From contig JBGTEU010000137.1 of NCBI GenBank assembly GCA_041747595.1, forward strand, positions 1 through 36,537: a DNA stretch of 36,537 nt. The letters are read 5' to 3'. Made by a program: the position numbers and the translations under genes. Shown here in pieces: positions 19,793 through 28,502 of this stretch; positions within the stretch are counted from its first letter, which is position 1, and the number at the start of each line of letters is the position of its first letter. The notes under the pieces were generated by a model. It saw only the letters and a program-made list of their open reading frames with translations. It ran no database searches and was not told the origin of the DNA. Source of the stretch: Bythopirellula sp. (GTDB lineage Bacteria > Planctomycetota > Planctomycetia > Pirellulales > Lacipirellulaceae).

Positions 19793-19981
19793 GCACGCTC
19801 GCGGGGGGTCCCAACTTTGATGACGAAACTCATGGGTTTTGTCACCCTCCCAATCGCGTTTTCTCGACAAATCTCAAGTAAGAACACGATTGAGGATGAC
19901 AAAAGACCCCGAGTTTGCGCCTCAAAGGTTTGCAACTGGTTCCAAATCTTCATGATGTCAAAGAGCCTACACTTGGTGTGC
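19793..19981 (-). ncRNA. Candidate ~190-nt rod-shaped RNA, possibly 6S-like
   Basis: ~115-nt imperfect hairpin at 19813-19930 whose C.A mismatches become G-U pairs on the - strand. The two ends can pair, and an extended -10 TGGCATAAT lies just upstream (19989-19997). Confidence 0.45.
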
Positions 19982-20048
19982 GATTGAGATTATGCCAAAT
20001 GGCAAACCGCGTCGCCACAAGAATTCTTGGCCACCTGGAAATGGAAAC

Positions 20049-20675
20049 TCACCCAATCAATCGCTCCGCCACCACCGCCATAATTTCATGCGCCACGTTG
20101 ATCTTTGAGCCGCTTACTTGCTTAAGCACCGTGCCCGCCGGGTCGAGAATTTCGATCTCGTTGTCGAGCGCATCCATCGCCTCGACGCCGTTGGAAACCA
20201 TCAGATCGCAATGTTTGCGCTCAAGTTTCGCGAGCGCTCGCAGGCGATGATCTTCCGTCTCCAGGGCAAAACCGACAACCCAGCGAGTCCCTTTTTCCGC
20301 GCCGAGAGTGGCCACGATGTCGTCAGTTTCGATGAGGTGCAATAGCAGTGGTTCACCCGTCTTGGCGATCTTGTTTGCCTCGACGTGGACGGGGCGGTAG
20401 TCGCATGGCGCCGCGGCACCGATCAATCCATCGCAATCCTCGAAAACCTTGCGACTCGCGGTGAGCATTTCTTCGGTTGAAATCACGGGGACGACGTCGG
20501 CGGCCGCGGGATATTCCACTTCCACGGGGCCTGTCACCACCACCACTTCGTGACCCAATGCGAGCGCGGCCTCGGCAAGTGCCGCCCCCATGCGACCGCT
20601 CGAAGCGTTCGTCAAATAACGCACCGGGTCGAGATATTGTCGCGTCGGGCCGGAGGTGATGAGAATGCGTGCCAC
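20049..20675 (-). CDS. coaB: Phosphopantothenate--cysteine ligase (stand-alone CoaB domain)
   Basis: ILITSGPTRQYLDPVRYLTNASSGRMG, AAAPCDYRP and VVGFALET motifs. Confidence 0.9.
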   Translation of the reverse strand: MARILITSGPTRQYLDPVRYLTNASSGRMGAALAEAALALGHEVVVVTGPVEVEYPAAADVVPVISTEEMLTASRKVFEDCDGLIGAAAPCDYRPVHVEANKIAKTGEPLLLHLIETDDIVATLGAEKGTRWVVGFALETEDHRLRALAKLERKHCDLMVSNGVEAMDALDNEIEILDPAGTVLKQVSGSKINVAHEIMAVVAERLIG

Positions 20676-20688
20676 GGCGATGCTTGAC

Positions 20689-21249
20689 CTAATTCTTCTC
20701 GCCAGGTTTTTTCTTGCCCAAAAGCTCGCGGATTGCCGCGGCGATTTCGCTCGGCTCGGCCATGCGGCCTTTGCCAGTCACTCGGCAACTGAGCCAACCC
20801 TCGTTGGGTCCCACAATGTGAAAACCGTCGTCTTGAAGCTGCGCGACATTCCGCTGGACGGCGGCCTTGTCCCACATTTCGTTATTCATCGCGGGGGCAA
20901 GAACGGTGGGGCCGGTGAAGGATAACAACAATGTGCTGAGCAGATCATCTGCTAAACCGCAAGCGGCTTGGGCGAGGACGTTCGCGGTGGCGGGGGCGAT
21001 GCACAAGAGATCAGCTTGGCGGGCGAGTTCGATGTGGGCACCCAAATGATGATCGTGCCGATCGAACGAATGGCTCAACACCCGCCGACCCGTGAGGGCT
21101 TGAAACGTGGCAGCGCCGATGAACTTCTGCGCGGCGCGGGTCATTACTACCGTTACGCCGACGCCGTTCTGCACGAGGTCGCTCACCAAGTATGCGGTCT
21201 TATACGCAGCGATGCCACCCGACACGCCGACAATAATTTCGTGTGCCAT
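20689..21249 (-). CDS. coaC: Phosphopantothenoylcysteine decarboxylase (stand-alone CoaC flavoprotein domain)
   Basis: IIVGVSGGIAAYK, HIELARQADL, APATAN, APAMN and LSCRVTGKGRM motifs; start placed at MAHEIIV (21249). Confidence 0.9.
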   Translation of the reverse strand: MAHEIIVGVSGGIAAYKTAYLVSDLVQNGVGVTVVMTRAAQKFIGAATFQALTGRRVLSHSFDRHDHHLGAHIELARQADLLCIAPATANVLAQAACGLADDLLSTLLLSFTGPTVLAPAMNNEMWDKAAVQRNVAQLQDDGFHIVGPNEGWLSCRVTGKGRMAEPSEIAAAIRELLGKKKPGEKN

Positions 21250-21274
21250 GCTGCGCTCGCCGTGCCTAATAGCC

Positions 21275-21538
21275 TTACAAACTCGACAGGTCCAGTTCGG
21301 GCGGACCACCGGTACTCATTGCCGTGCTGGTCACTTTCACTTGGCTCGTGGAATCGAGATAGATTTTGTCCTGCAAAATTTCCTGCACGACGATTTCCAT
21401 CTTGTCTTTGGAATCGAAATCCACCAAGGGCCGGGCACCGGCGTTGATCGCGGCCAGGCGCTTTTGGATAAGAGTCGACAGTTTAAACCGCCCGCCGACC
21501 TTATTAACGATCAATTCTTCCTTCAATGCATCAATCAT
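21275..21538 (-). CDS. rpoZ: RNA polymerase omega subunit
   Basis: MIDALKEELIVNKVGGRFKLSTLIQKR; canonical position between gmk and coaBC. Confidence 0.88.
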   Translation of the reverse strand: MIDALKEELIVNKVGGRFKLSTLIQKRLAAINAGARPLVDFDSKDKMEIVVQEILQDKIYLDSTSQVKVTSTAMSTGGPPELDLSSL

Positions 21539-22133
21539 CGAGAATACCTTGTTCCTGCAAAATTTGTACGATCTTGTCCACCGCCTCGGGAACGGTGTCA
21601 TTGATAACTTGATAGGTATAGCGATCCGCCATTCCGATCTCTCGCTGGGCCACCTCCAACCGCCGCGCGACGGCCTCCTCGGTCTCCGTGCCGCGGGACC
21701 GCAGCCGCCGTTCCAATTCTCTGAGAGACAAAGGCCGGATAAAGATCGTGATCGCGTCGGCGAACTGGTTGAGAACCTTCTCTGCCCCTGCCACGTCAAT
21801 CTCTAAGAGTACCCATTTTCCCTCGGCTAATCTAGGCCTGACTGCACTCCAGAGCGTTCCATACCAATGGCCACGGCCGAAAACCTCGACGGTTTCGAGG
21901 AAATCCCCCCCCTCGCGACGGCGGGCAAATTCGGCAGGTTCCATGAAGTAGTAATCCACCCCCTCCTGTTCCCCTGGCCGGGGTTTGCGAGTGGTGGCGG
22001 AAATACTGCGCTCAAGACGTCCCGACAAACGATCCATGACCATGGGGACAACGGTCGACTTGCCCACTCCAGACGGGCCGGAGATCACGACGAGTTTTCC
22101 CTGCTTGATTGCCGTCATGGTAGGACTTGTCAT
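21531..22133 (-). CDS. gmk: Guanylate kinase
   Basis: VISGPSGVGKST P-loop; SISATTRKPRPGEQEGVDYYF and LEIDVAGA motifs. Confidence 0.96.
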   Translation of the reverse strand: MTSPTMTAIKQGKLVVISGPSGVGKSTVVPMVMDRLSGRLERSISATTRKPRPGEQEGVDYYFMEPAEFARRREGGDFLETVEVFGRGHWYGTLWSAVRPRLAEGKWVLLEIDVAGAEKVLNQFADAITIFIRPLSLRELERRLRSRGTETEEAVARRLEVAQREIGMADRYTYQVINDTVPEAVDKIVQILQEQGILDD

Positions 22134-23017
22134 TGGACGTTCTGAATCTGTTCGCGAATCCGTTCCAGCGCCGTCTTGATCTCCACGATTTGCTGCGAGA
22201 TGAGCGCGTCGTTGGCCTTCGAGCCGATGGTGTTCGTTTCACGGCCCATTTCTTGACAGATGAATTCCATCTTGCGGCCGGCACTTTCCTCAAGATCGAG
22301 GGACGCTGCAAACTGTTGCAAGTGGCTCCGTAGCCGCACGATTTCTTCCGAGATGTCGGCCCGATCGGTGTAGAGTGCCACTTCACGGACCAAATCGCCA
22401 GGTTCAAGCGAAACGTTGAGCGACGCGAGCGCTTCGTTCACACGATCTTGGATTCGCTTACGGTAGTTTTCACCGACGGCGGGGGCTTGCTTCTCGATGA
22501 TGTCGAGGCACAACGCCACGGTCGCGCATTGATCGCGCAAATCGGCGGCGAGGGCTTCTCCCTCGACAGTGCGCATCGCCGTGAGCTGTGCAATGGCCGC
22601 GACGAGCGTCGGTTCCACGATGGGCCACAGGCTGGCCGCGTCAAGCGCGTCGGCAGAGAGTTCTTCAACGACGCCCGGCAGAGCCGCAAGAGACTCAAGC
22701 CGAATGATTTCGTCCATATTTCGCTTGGCGGCGACCGATTGCAACTGGTCGATATATTGATTGAGAATTCGCGTATTGAGCCGGTAATCTTCGGCACTCG
22801 CTAAATGGCGAATCCGCACATTGCAGTTCACCGTGCCGCGCTTGACCGTTTCGCGTAAGACCGAGTCGATCAGCGATTCCAGAACGCCGTAGCCTTCGGT
22901 CGTGCGGATATTCGATTTGAAATAGCGGCTGTTGACCGTGCGAATCTCAATGCCAATGGCATACCCTTCGCGCTGCTCGACCACCTCGCCGAATCCGGTC
23001 ATGCTGAGCAGGGGCAC
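22130..23017 (-). CDS. yicC: YicC/YloC family endoribonuclease
   Basis: SMTGFG, IRTVNSRY, DISEEIVRL, GRKMEFICQEMGRETNTIGSK and EQIQNV motifs. Confidence 0.93.
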   Translation of the reverse strand: MPLLSMTGFGEVVEQREGYAIGIEIRTVNSRYFKSNIRTTEGYGVLESLIDSVLRETVKRGTVNCNVRIRHLASAEDYRLNTRILNQYIDQLQSVAAKRNMDEIIRLESLAALPGVVEELSADALDAASLWPIVEPTLVAAIAQLTAMRTVEGEALAADLRDQCATVALCLDIIEKQAPAVGENYRKRIQDRVNEALASLNVSLEPGDLVREVALYTDRADISEEIVRLRSHLQQFAASLDLEESAGRKMEFICQEMGRETNTIGSKANDALISQQIVEIKTALERIREQIQNVQ

Positions 23018-23077
23018 GTGACATCCTTACAAGAATTTGGCTCAATGGAGTCTGGCTCAAAAAATTTGGGCGGCAAC

Positions 23078-23500
23078 TTACTCAGGCTCATTCCCATCAC
23101 CGGCCGCATCTGTTGCCGGCGTTTCGGTAGCAGGGGCTGCTGTTTCACCTGATTCCGGGGTCACCGCTGTTTCGCCTTCAGCCGGTGGATTCATCTCGGG
23201 ACCCGTAGTGACGGGGGCTTCATTCCCCGTTTTCAAACGGCCGCCAGCGTTCGAGGGACCAACCTTAGCCACAGTAATGCAAAGGATGATCCACACGGCG
23301 GCGGCGACCACGGTAATCCGCGTAAAGATGTCACCCGCCTTGGCACCGAAGGCACTCGAACCACCCATGCCCCCGAGCGCACCCGCCAAGCCGCCACCAC
23401 GGCCACGTTGCACGAGCACCAGCAAAATCAAAAAGACGGCGACGACTGTCAGCAGGATCTGAAAGACCAACTGCAAGGCCGCGAACATGGGAATGACCAC
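23078..23500 (-). CDS. secG: Preprotein translocase subunit SecG
   Basis: [40 protein letters not shown]; located after tpiA. Start is GTG 23500 (GGAG RBS) or ATG 23488. Confidence 0.9.
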   Translation of the reverse strand: MVIPMFAALQLVFQILLTVVAVFLILLVLVQRGRGGGLAGALGGMGGSSAFGAKAGDIFTRITVVAAAVWIILCITVAKVGPSNAGGRLKTGNEAPVTTGPEMNPPAEGETAVTPESGETAAPATETPATDAAGDGNEPE

Positions 23501-23528
23501 AATAAGTGCTCCGTCAAAAATAATGTTG

Positions 23529-24299
23529 TTAAGCTTGTGCGACTGTTGAACCAGCCACGGCAATCGCTAGGAAATCGCCGGCCTTGAGGCTGGCACCGCC
23601 AATGAGAGCCCCATCCACGTTTGGCTGGGACAATAGTTGCGCCGCATTGTCGGGCTTCACGCTCCCCCCGTAGAGGATGCGGACCTGATTGGCAATCTGG
23701 GCATTGTAACGTTCTGCGAGTTGCCTGCGAAGATCGGCATGGACCTCCTCGGCCTGCTCGGTGGTGGCCACTTTTCCCGTCCCAATGGCCCAAACCGGCT
23801 CATAAGCGATCACGATCGACAGGATTTGCTCGGCCGTCACATGGGCCAGCGAACCGTCAAACTGCGTGCGAATCACCTCGGCTGTCTTGCCCGCCTCGCG
23901 TTGCGCAAGCAGCTCGCCGACGCAGACAATGGGCCGCAATCCCGCTTTAAGCGCGGCGTGCGTCTTTTTGTTGATCAGTTCGTCGGTTTCGCCCAGAATG
24001 TGCCGTCGCTCGCTGTGACCGAGAATGACATATTGCACGCCGAGATCCGTGAGCATAGCGGTGCTGATCTCGCCGGTGAAGGCGCCGTTCGCTTCGTGAT
24101 AGACATTCTGAGCACCCAAGCCGACCGCGGCATCGCCAATCGTGTCGCGGACCAAGCCCAAGTAGACACTCGGCGGGCAGACCAACAGTTCCACGCCGTC
24201 GCACTCGCCGGCCTTCTCGGCAATGGCACTCGCCAATTTCCGAGCACCCGCGCTGTCAGTATTCATTTTCCAATTGCCGGCGATCAAAGGGGTGCGCAT
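23529..24299 (-). CDS. tpiA: Triosephosphate isomerase
   Basis: [36 protein letters not shown] and LIGGASL motifs; AAGGAG RBS. Confidence 0.98.
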   Translation of the reverse strand: MRTPLIAGNWKMNTDSAGARKLASAIAEKAGECDGVELLVCPPSVYLGLVRDTIGDAAVGLGAQNVYHEANGAFTGEISTAMLTDLGVQYVILGHSERRHILGETDELINKKTHAALKAGLRPIVCVGELLAQREAGKTAEVIRTQFDGSLAHVTAEQILSIVIAYEPVWAIGTGKVATTEQAEEVHADLRRQLAERYNAQIANQVRILYGGSVKPDNAAQLLSQPNVDGALIGGASLKAGDFLAIAVAGSTVAQA

Positions 24300-24381
24300 C
24301 GACGAATTCTCCTTGCGATTCAAAGTCCGATTAAACCAAGTCCACTAGCCCGGTTCGCCCACCCCGGGATAGCCCCTCAGT

Positions 24382-24413
24382 TTAGCCGATGGGCTCGGCC
24401 TGCGCATAGGAGC
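24382..24413 (-). repeat. Displaced duplicate of the last 32 bp of pheA (left direct repeat)
   Basis: ttagccgatgggctcggcctgcgcataggagc matches 25053-25084 at 30 of 32 positions. Confidence 0.9.
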
Positions 24414-24420
24414 GTCAGGT

Positions 24421-24750
24421 CTAGGGAGCAAACATTTCCCGCAAGATATCGAGAACCTTGACGGCAGCTCGTTTGTCCAATTTTCCCAGTTTTTTGACTA
24501 ATCGGGCACGGTCTACAGTTCGGACCTGATCGAGGACGATCTGTCCTTGCTTCCCCTTGAATCGACAAGAGACTCTCGTTGGGTAGTTTCGGCTGACCGT
24601 CGTCATAGGAGCCACTATGACCGTGCGGATGTGGCGATTCATTTCGTCTGGCGAGACTACCAGATAGGGTCGAGTTTTTTGGATTTCGCTCCCAACTGTG
24701 GGATCAAGCGCAACGAGGAAAACGTCAAAGCGTGCTATTTCCACTGCCAT
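24421..24750 (-). CDS. mazF: PemK/MazF family type II toxin (endoribonuclease)
   Basis: RFDVFLVALDPTVGSEIQKTRP, VIVAPMTT and LDQVRTVDRARL motifs; overlaps the antitoxin 3' end. Confidence 0.93.
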   Translation of the reverse strand: MAVEIARFDVFLVALDPTVGSEIQKTRPYLVVSPDEMNRHIRTVIVAPMTTVSRNYPTRVSCRFKGKQGQIVLDQVRTVDRARLVKKLGKLDKRAAVKVLDILREMFAP

Positions 24751-24989
24751 TCTTGCTCGTCCCAAGAGGAAAATTGCACGGCATCATCAAGAAGTGTATC
24801 GTCACCATGGGCAGTCATTTTGCTGAAGGACGAATCCCAGTCAGCACGAGGCCCCGTGGCTGGCCGCACGATCAGACATGAATTCTCTACAGAGACATCC
24901 ACCTCGCCCTCCAAACCCGTTTCTTCGAGAAGAGGTTTAGGGATACGAATCCCTTGCGAATTGCCAATCGCGATAATGCGTGTTTTCAT
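24735..24989 (-). CDS. mazE: AbrB/MazE family antitoxin
   Basis: MKTRIIAIGNSQGIRIPKPLLE swapped-hairpin motif; acidic/Trp-rich C-terminus (WDEQEWQW). Confidence 0.92.
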   Translation of the reverse strand: MKTRIIAIGNSQGIRIPKPLLEETGLEGEVDVSVENSCLIVRPATGPRADWDSSFSKMTAHGDDTLLDDAVQFSSWDEQEWQWK

Positions 24990-25001
24990 AATTCTCTCTA
25001 A

Positions 25002-25038
25002 GTAATTACATTGTAACTACATCGTCACATTTCGGCAA
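25002..25038 (-). promoter_or_regulatory. mazEF promoter with overlapping palindromic operator
   Basis: On the minus strand: TTGCCG (25033-25038), 17 bp, TACAAT (25010-25015). The imperfect palindrome GTAATTACA-T-TGTAACTAC (25002-25020) covers the -10. Confidence 0.7.
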
Positions 25039-25052
25039 GATCGAATTCTCGC

Positions 25053-26168
25053 TTAACCGATGGGCTCGGTCTGCGCATAGGAGCCCAAAACCGTGACTCG
25101 GAGGGCCCGTTTTTCGAGGGCTGCAAGTGCCCGGCGAGCGCGGAGTTCGCTCGCATGGCCTTGAAATTCGACGAAAAAGACGTAGCGGCCCCGTTGGCCG
25201 GGAAGCGGGAACGATTCGATCCAGGTCATGTTGAGCCGCTGCTTTTTGAAAATCCCCATTGCATCGGCCAGGGCGCCCGGTCGATGGTCGATTTCAAACA
25301 CGATCGAAGTTTTGTCGTTGCCGGTCCGCAGGCCGGTTTCCTCGCCAATCACGGCAAAGCGGGTGACATTGTCCGGGTTATCTTCGATGCCGCGAACCAG
25401 CACGGCGACGCCATGAATCGTCCCGGCCTGCTCGCTGGCGATCGCCGCGGAACCTTTTTCCTCGGCGGCCCTTCGCGCGGCATCGGCGGAACTCGCCACT
25501 TCAATCAGCGGCACGTCGGGCAAATGTTGGCTGAGCCAGTTGCGACATTGTGACAAGGGTTGCCGTTTGCTGTAAATCTTCCTGATCTCGTTGCGGCTGC
25601 AATTGGCCAGTAAACAATGCCGGATCCGCAGCGGCACTTCGCCGCAGATTTTCACCGGCGAGCGGGCCAAACACTCCAGCGCATCGGCCACGCGGCCATC
25701 GGTGGAATTCTCAATCGGCACCAAGCCGAAATTCGCTTGCCCGCGTTCCACTTCCTCGAACACTGCGGCAATCGTGGCGACCGGCACGAGCTCGGCGCTT
25801 TGACCAAACCGATCAATCGCCGCCAAATGACTGTAAGTGAACTCGGGCCCCAAATAGGCGACGGTCGTCGACTTCGCCGCGGCTTGCGTTCCGCTGATAA
25901 TTTCGCGAAACACCGAGCGAATCGCCGTGGCGCCGAGCAGGCCTGAACTCTGAACGGCGGTCTTCTCCACATGCTCCAGTGCCGACTGCATCCCACCGGT
26001 CGCTCCGCCATTTGCTTGCGCTCGGTCGGCCGCTAACTTGGCCCGTTGATTGATGAGCTCGACTATCTCACGATCCAGTTTGTCGATCTGCCGCTGCGCA
26101 GGGGATTTCGAACCGCCCTCTCTCGGAATGTTTGATTTCTTGCCAGCGTCCTTTTTCTTTTTGCCCAT
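25053..26168 (-). CDS. pheA: Prephenate dehydratase with N-terminal chorismate-mutase-like domain and ACT domain (P-protein)
   Basis: VAYLGPEFTYSH, VPIENSTDG, QCRNWL, NVTRFAVI and NMTWIESFP motifs; IDKLDREIVELINQR N-terminal helix. Confidence 0.93.
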   Translation of the reverse strand: MGKKKKDAGKKSNIPREGGSKSPAQRQIDKLDREIVELINQRAKLAADRAQANGGATGGMQSALEHVEKTAVQSSGLLGATAIRSVFREIISGTQAAAKSTTVAYLGPEFTYSHLAAIDRFGQSAELVPVATIAAVFEEVERGQANFGLVPIENSTDGRVADALECLARSPVKICGEVPLRIRHCLLANCSRNEIRKIYSKRQPLSQCRNWLSQHLPDVPLIEVASSADAARRAAEEKGSAAIASEQAGTIHGVAVLVRGIEDNPDNVTRFAVIGEETGLRTGNDKTSIVFEIDHRPGALADAMGIFKKQRLNMTWIESFPLPGQRGRYVFFVEFQGHASELRARRALAALEKRALRVTVLGSYAQTEPIG

Positions 26169-26218
26169 GAATATCAGTATGTTCTCATTAAGTAGGCGGG
26201 CCAGGCCACCAAGCGCAC

Positions 26219-26400
26219 CTGCCAATGTGGCACCGCAAGTTAGGTAGCTCTGAGAAGTGTACCCCGTAAAAAGCTGCCATTTTGACAGCGGCCACGCCTT
26301 CACTGTCATTTTGCCAGTCGCCAACAACGATCTTAACTACTTAAACGATAACATCTTACGTCCATTGCTTATCTGCCAGCAACGCGGCATATTCTTTGCT
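26219..26400 (+). promoter_or_regulatory. Sigma54-type promoter of dnaK with upstream palindromic enhancer-like sites
   Basis: CGGCATATTCTTTGCT (26385-26400) has GG-N10-GC spacing. TGnCA-N3-TGnCA palindromes at 26219-26233, 26274-26288 and 26303-26317, with an AT-rich IHF-like tract between them and the promoter. Confidence 0.6.
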
Positions 26401-26527
26401 CTTTCGCCCACAGGGCAGTTTTCTGCCCACAACAAACTAGAAACCTAACAAGCCCTGCTTAAATTGTTCCCACAATTCGGTCCAATCCAAGCAGCTAAGA
26501 CAGCAATTAATCGATAGGAGAACTCTC

Positions 26528-28435
26528 ATGGCAGGCGAAAAAATCATCGGCATCGACCTCGGCACGACCAATTCGGTAGTTGCCGTGATGGAAGGCAAGG
26601 AGGCGAAGGTCATCCCCAACGCCGAAGGCAATCGGCTTACGCCCAGCGTCGTTGCCTACACCGACAAGGGTGAAGTGATCGTTGGTGAACCCGCGCGGCG
26701 GCAGGCAGTGACCAACCCTACCAAGACAATTTACTCTGTGAAGCGGTTCATGGGCCGCCGTCACAGCGAAGTGGCTTCCGAAGAAAAGATCGTTCCTTAC
26801 GAAGTCATCGGCGGTCCCGAGGATTATGTGAAGATCAAGGCCGGCAACCAAGAACTTACCCCGCCTGAAATCTCTGCAAAGACACTCCGCAAACTCAAAG
26901 AATCTGCCGAGGCTTACTTGGGTCACACCGTCAACAAGGCGGTGATCACTGTTCCCGCCTATTTTAACGACGCGCAGCGCCAAGCCACGAAAGACGCGGG
27001 ACAGATCGCCGGGCTCGAAGTCGCGCGGATCATCAACGAACCCACCGCGGCCTCGCTCGCTTACGGTCTCGATAAGAAGGCTCACGAAAAAATCTGCGTG
27101 TTTGACCTGGGCGGTGGGACCTTTGACGTTTCCATTTTGGAAGTCGCCGACGGAGTGTTCCGCGTGATCTCCACCAACGGCGATACGCACTTGGGTGGTG
27201 ACGATTTCGACCAAGCGCTCATCAACCATGTTGCCGATCAGTTCAAACGGGATCAGGGCATCGATCTCCGTAAGGATCAAATGGCCCTGCAGCGTCTGCA
27301 GGAAGCATGCGAAAAGGCCAAGAAGGAGCTCAGCTCGGCCCACTCGACCGACATCAACCTGCCGTTCATCACGGCAGATGCCAGCGGCCCGAAGCACTTA
27401 CAGATGAATCTCACTCGTGCCGACTTCGAAAAGTTGGTCGACGACCTCATCGAGCGGGTTCGCGGCCCCGTGTTGCAGGCACTTAAAGATGCCAAGCTCG
27501 ACGCGAAGCAAATCGACGAAGTCGTGCTCGTGGGTGGTTCCACCCGCATCCCCAAGGTGCAGGAAGTCGTGAAGGAAATCTTCGGCAAGGATCCGCACAA
27601 GGGAGTGAACCCAGACGAAGTCGTAGCCATCGGTGCGGCGATTCAGGGGGGCGTGCTCAGCGGCGAAGTGCAAGATATTTTGCTCTTGGATGTAACCCCG
27701 CTTTCCTTGGGCATCGAAACCCTGGGTGGTGTGATGACCAAACTCGTCGAGCGTAACACCACGATCCCCGCCGAGCGGAAGCAGGTCTTCAGCACGGCCG
27801 ACGACAACCAAACCGCCGTCACGGTTCGTGTGTTCCAAGGGGAACGCGAAATGTGCGCCGACAACCGCTTGCTTGGCCAGTTCAACTTGGAAGGGATTCC
27901 GCCCGCCCCGCGTGGAGTGCCGCAAATCGAAGTGAAGTTCGATCTCGACGCCAACGGCATCTTGAGCGTGGCCGCGAAAGACCTCGGCACGGGCAAGGAG
28001 CAGGCGGTGCGCATCGAGCAATCGAGCGGCCTCAGTGAAGAAGAAATCGACAAGATGAAGCGCGATGCCTCGGAGCATGCCGCCGAGGACAAGAAAAAGC
28101 GCGAACTGGTCGAGGCCCGCAACGAAGCGGATTCGCGTACGTACCAACTTGAGAAACTCATCAAGGAGCAAGGCGATAAGCTGCGTGATACCGACAAGGC
28201 CTCGCTGGAGGCGGCGATCGCTAAGGTCCGCGAAGCGGCCAAGGGCGAAGATCCCGCCGCGATCAAAGCCGCGATTAGCGAACTCGAAGCCGCATCGCAC
28301 GCGATGAGCGAAGCGTTGTACAAGGCGACTGCCGGTGGCGAGGGTGCCGCGGCACCCGGTGCCGAAAGCGAGACGCCTCAAACCGACTCGGCAGATGACG
28401 ACGCGATCGACGCGGAATTTGAGGTGAAGAGTTAA
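26528..28435 (+). CDS. dnaK: Molecular chaperone DnaK
   Basis: [37 protein letters not shown] and C-terminal IDAEFEV; AGGAG RBS. Confidence 0.99.
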   Translation: MAGEKIIGIDLGTTNSVVAVMEGKEAKVIPNAEGNRLTPSVVAYTDKGEVIVGEPARRQAVTNPTKTIYSVKRFMGRRHSEVASEEKIVPYEVIGGPEDYVKIKAGNQELTPPEISAKTLRKLKESAEAYLGHTVNKAVITVPAYFNDAQRQATKDAGQIAGLEVARIINEPTAASLAYGLDKKAHEKICVFDLGGGTFDVSILEVADGVFRVISTNGDTHLGGDDFDQALINHVADQFKRDQGIDLRKDQMALQRLQEACEKAKKELSSAHSTDINLPFITADASGPKHLQMNLTRADFEKLVDDLIERVRGPVLQALKDAKLDAKQIDEVVLVGGSTRIPKVQEVVKEIFGKDPHKGVNPDEVVAIGAAIQGGVLSGEVQDILLLDVTPLSLGIETLGGVMTKLVERNTTIPAERKQVFSTADDNQTAVTVRVFQGEREMCADNRLLGQFNLEGIPPAPRGVPQIEVKFDLDANGILSVAAKDLGTGKEQAVRIEQSSGLSEEEIDKMKRDASEHAAEDKKKRELVEARNEADSRTYQLEKLIKEQGDKLRDTDKASLEAAIAKVREAAKGEDPAAIKAAISELEAASHAMSEALYKATAGGEGAAAPGAESETPQTDSADDDAIDAEFEVKS

Positions 28436-28437
28436 AA

Positions 28438-28483
28438 AGCCGTCAGCTTTCAGCCAATAGCCATCAGCTCTTGGCTGATCGCT
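28438..28483. repeat. Degenerate heptamer tandem repeat with inverted copy (hairpin) between dnaK and clpB
   Basis: cgtcagc-tttcagc-caatagc-catcagc, then tcttg, then gctgatc-gct. Confidence 0.55.
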
Positions 28484-28502
28484 GGGGCAGAAAGTTGATT
28501 AA

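Larger units (their letters stand above)
24382..25084. mobile_element. Minimal toxin-antitoxin insertion at the pheA 3' end, flanked by 32-bp direct repeats
   Basis: Only mazE/mazF-like genes and their promoter lie between the two copies of the pheA terminus. Confidence 0.7.

Noticed and set aside
19790-19806. TTGGCACG as a possible sigma54 -24 element
   Set aside because: No GC at the -12 position.
26169-26327. 53-aa N-terminal extension of pheA in the ORF track (similar extensions for rpoZ, coaC, secG, DUF2934)
   Set aside because: Extensions overlap promoter regions or neighbouring genes and lack homology; downstream starts fit better.
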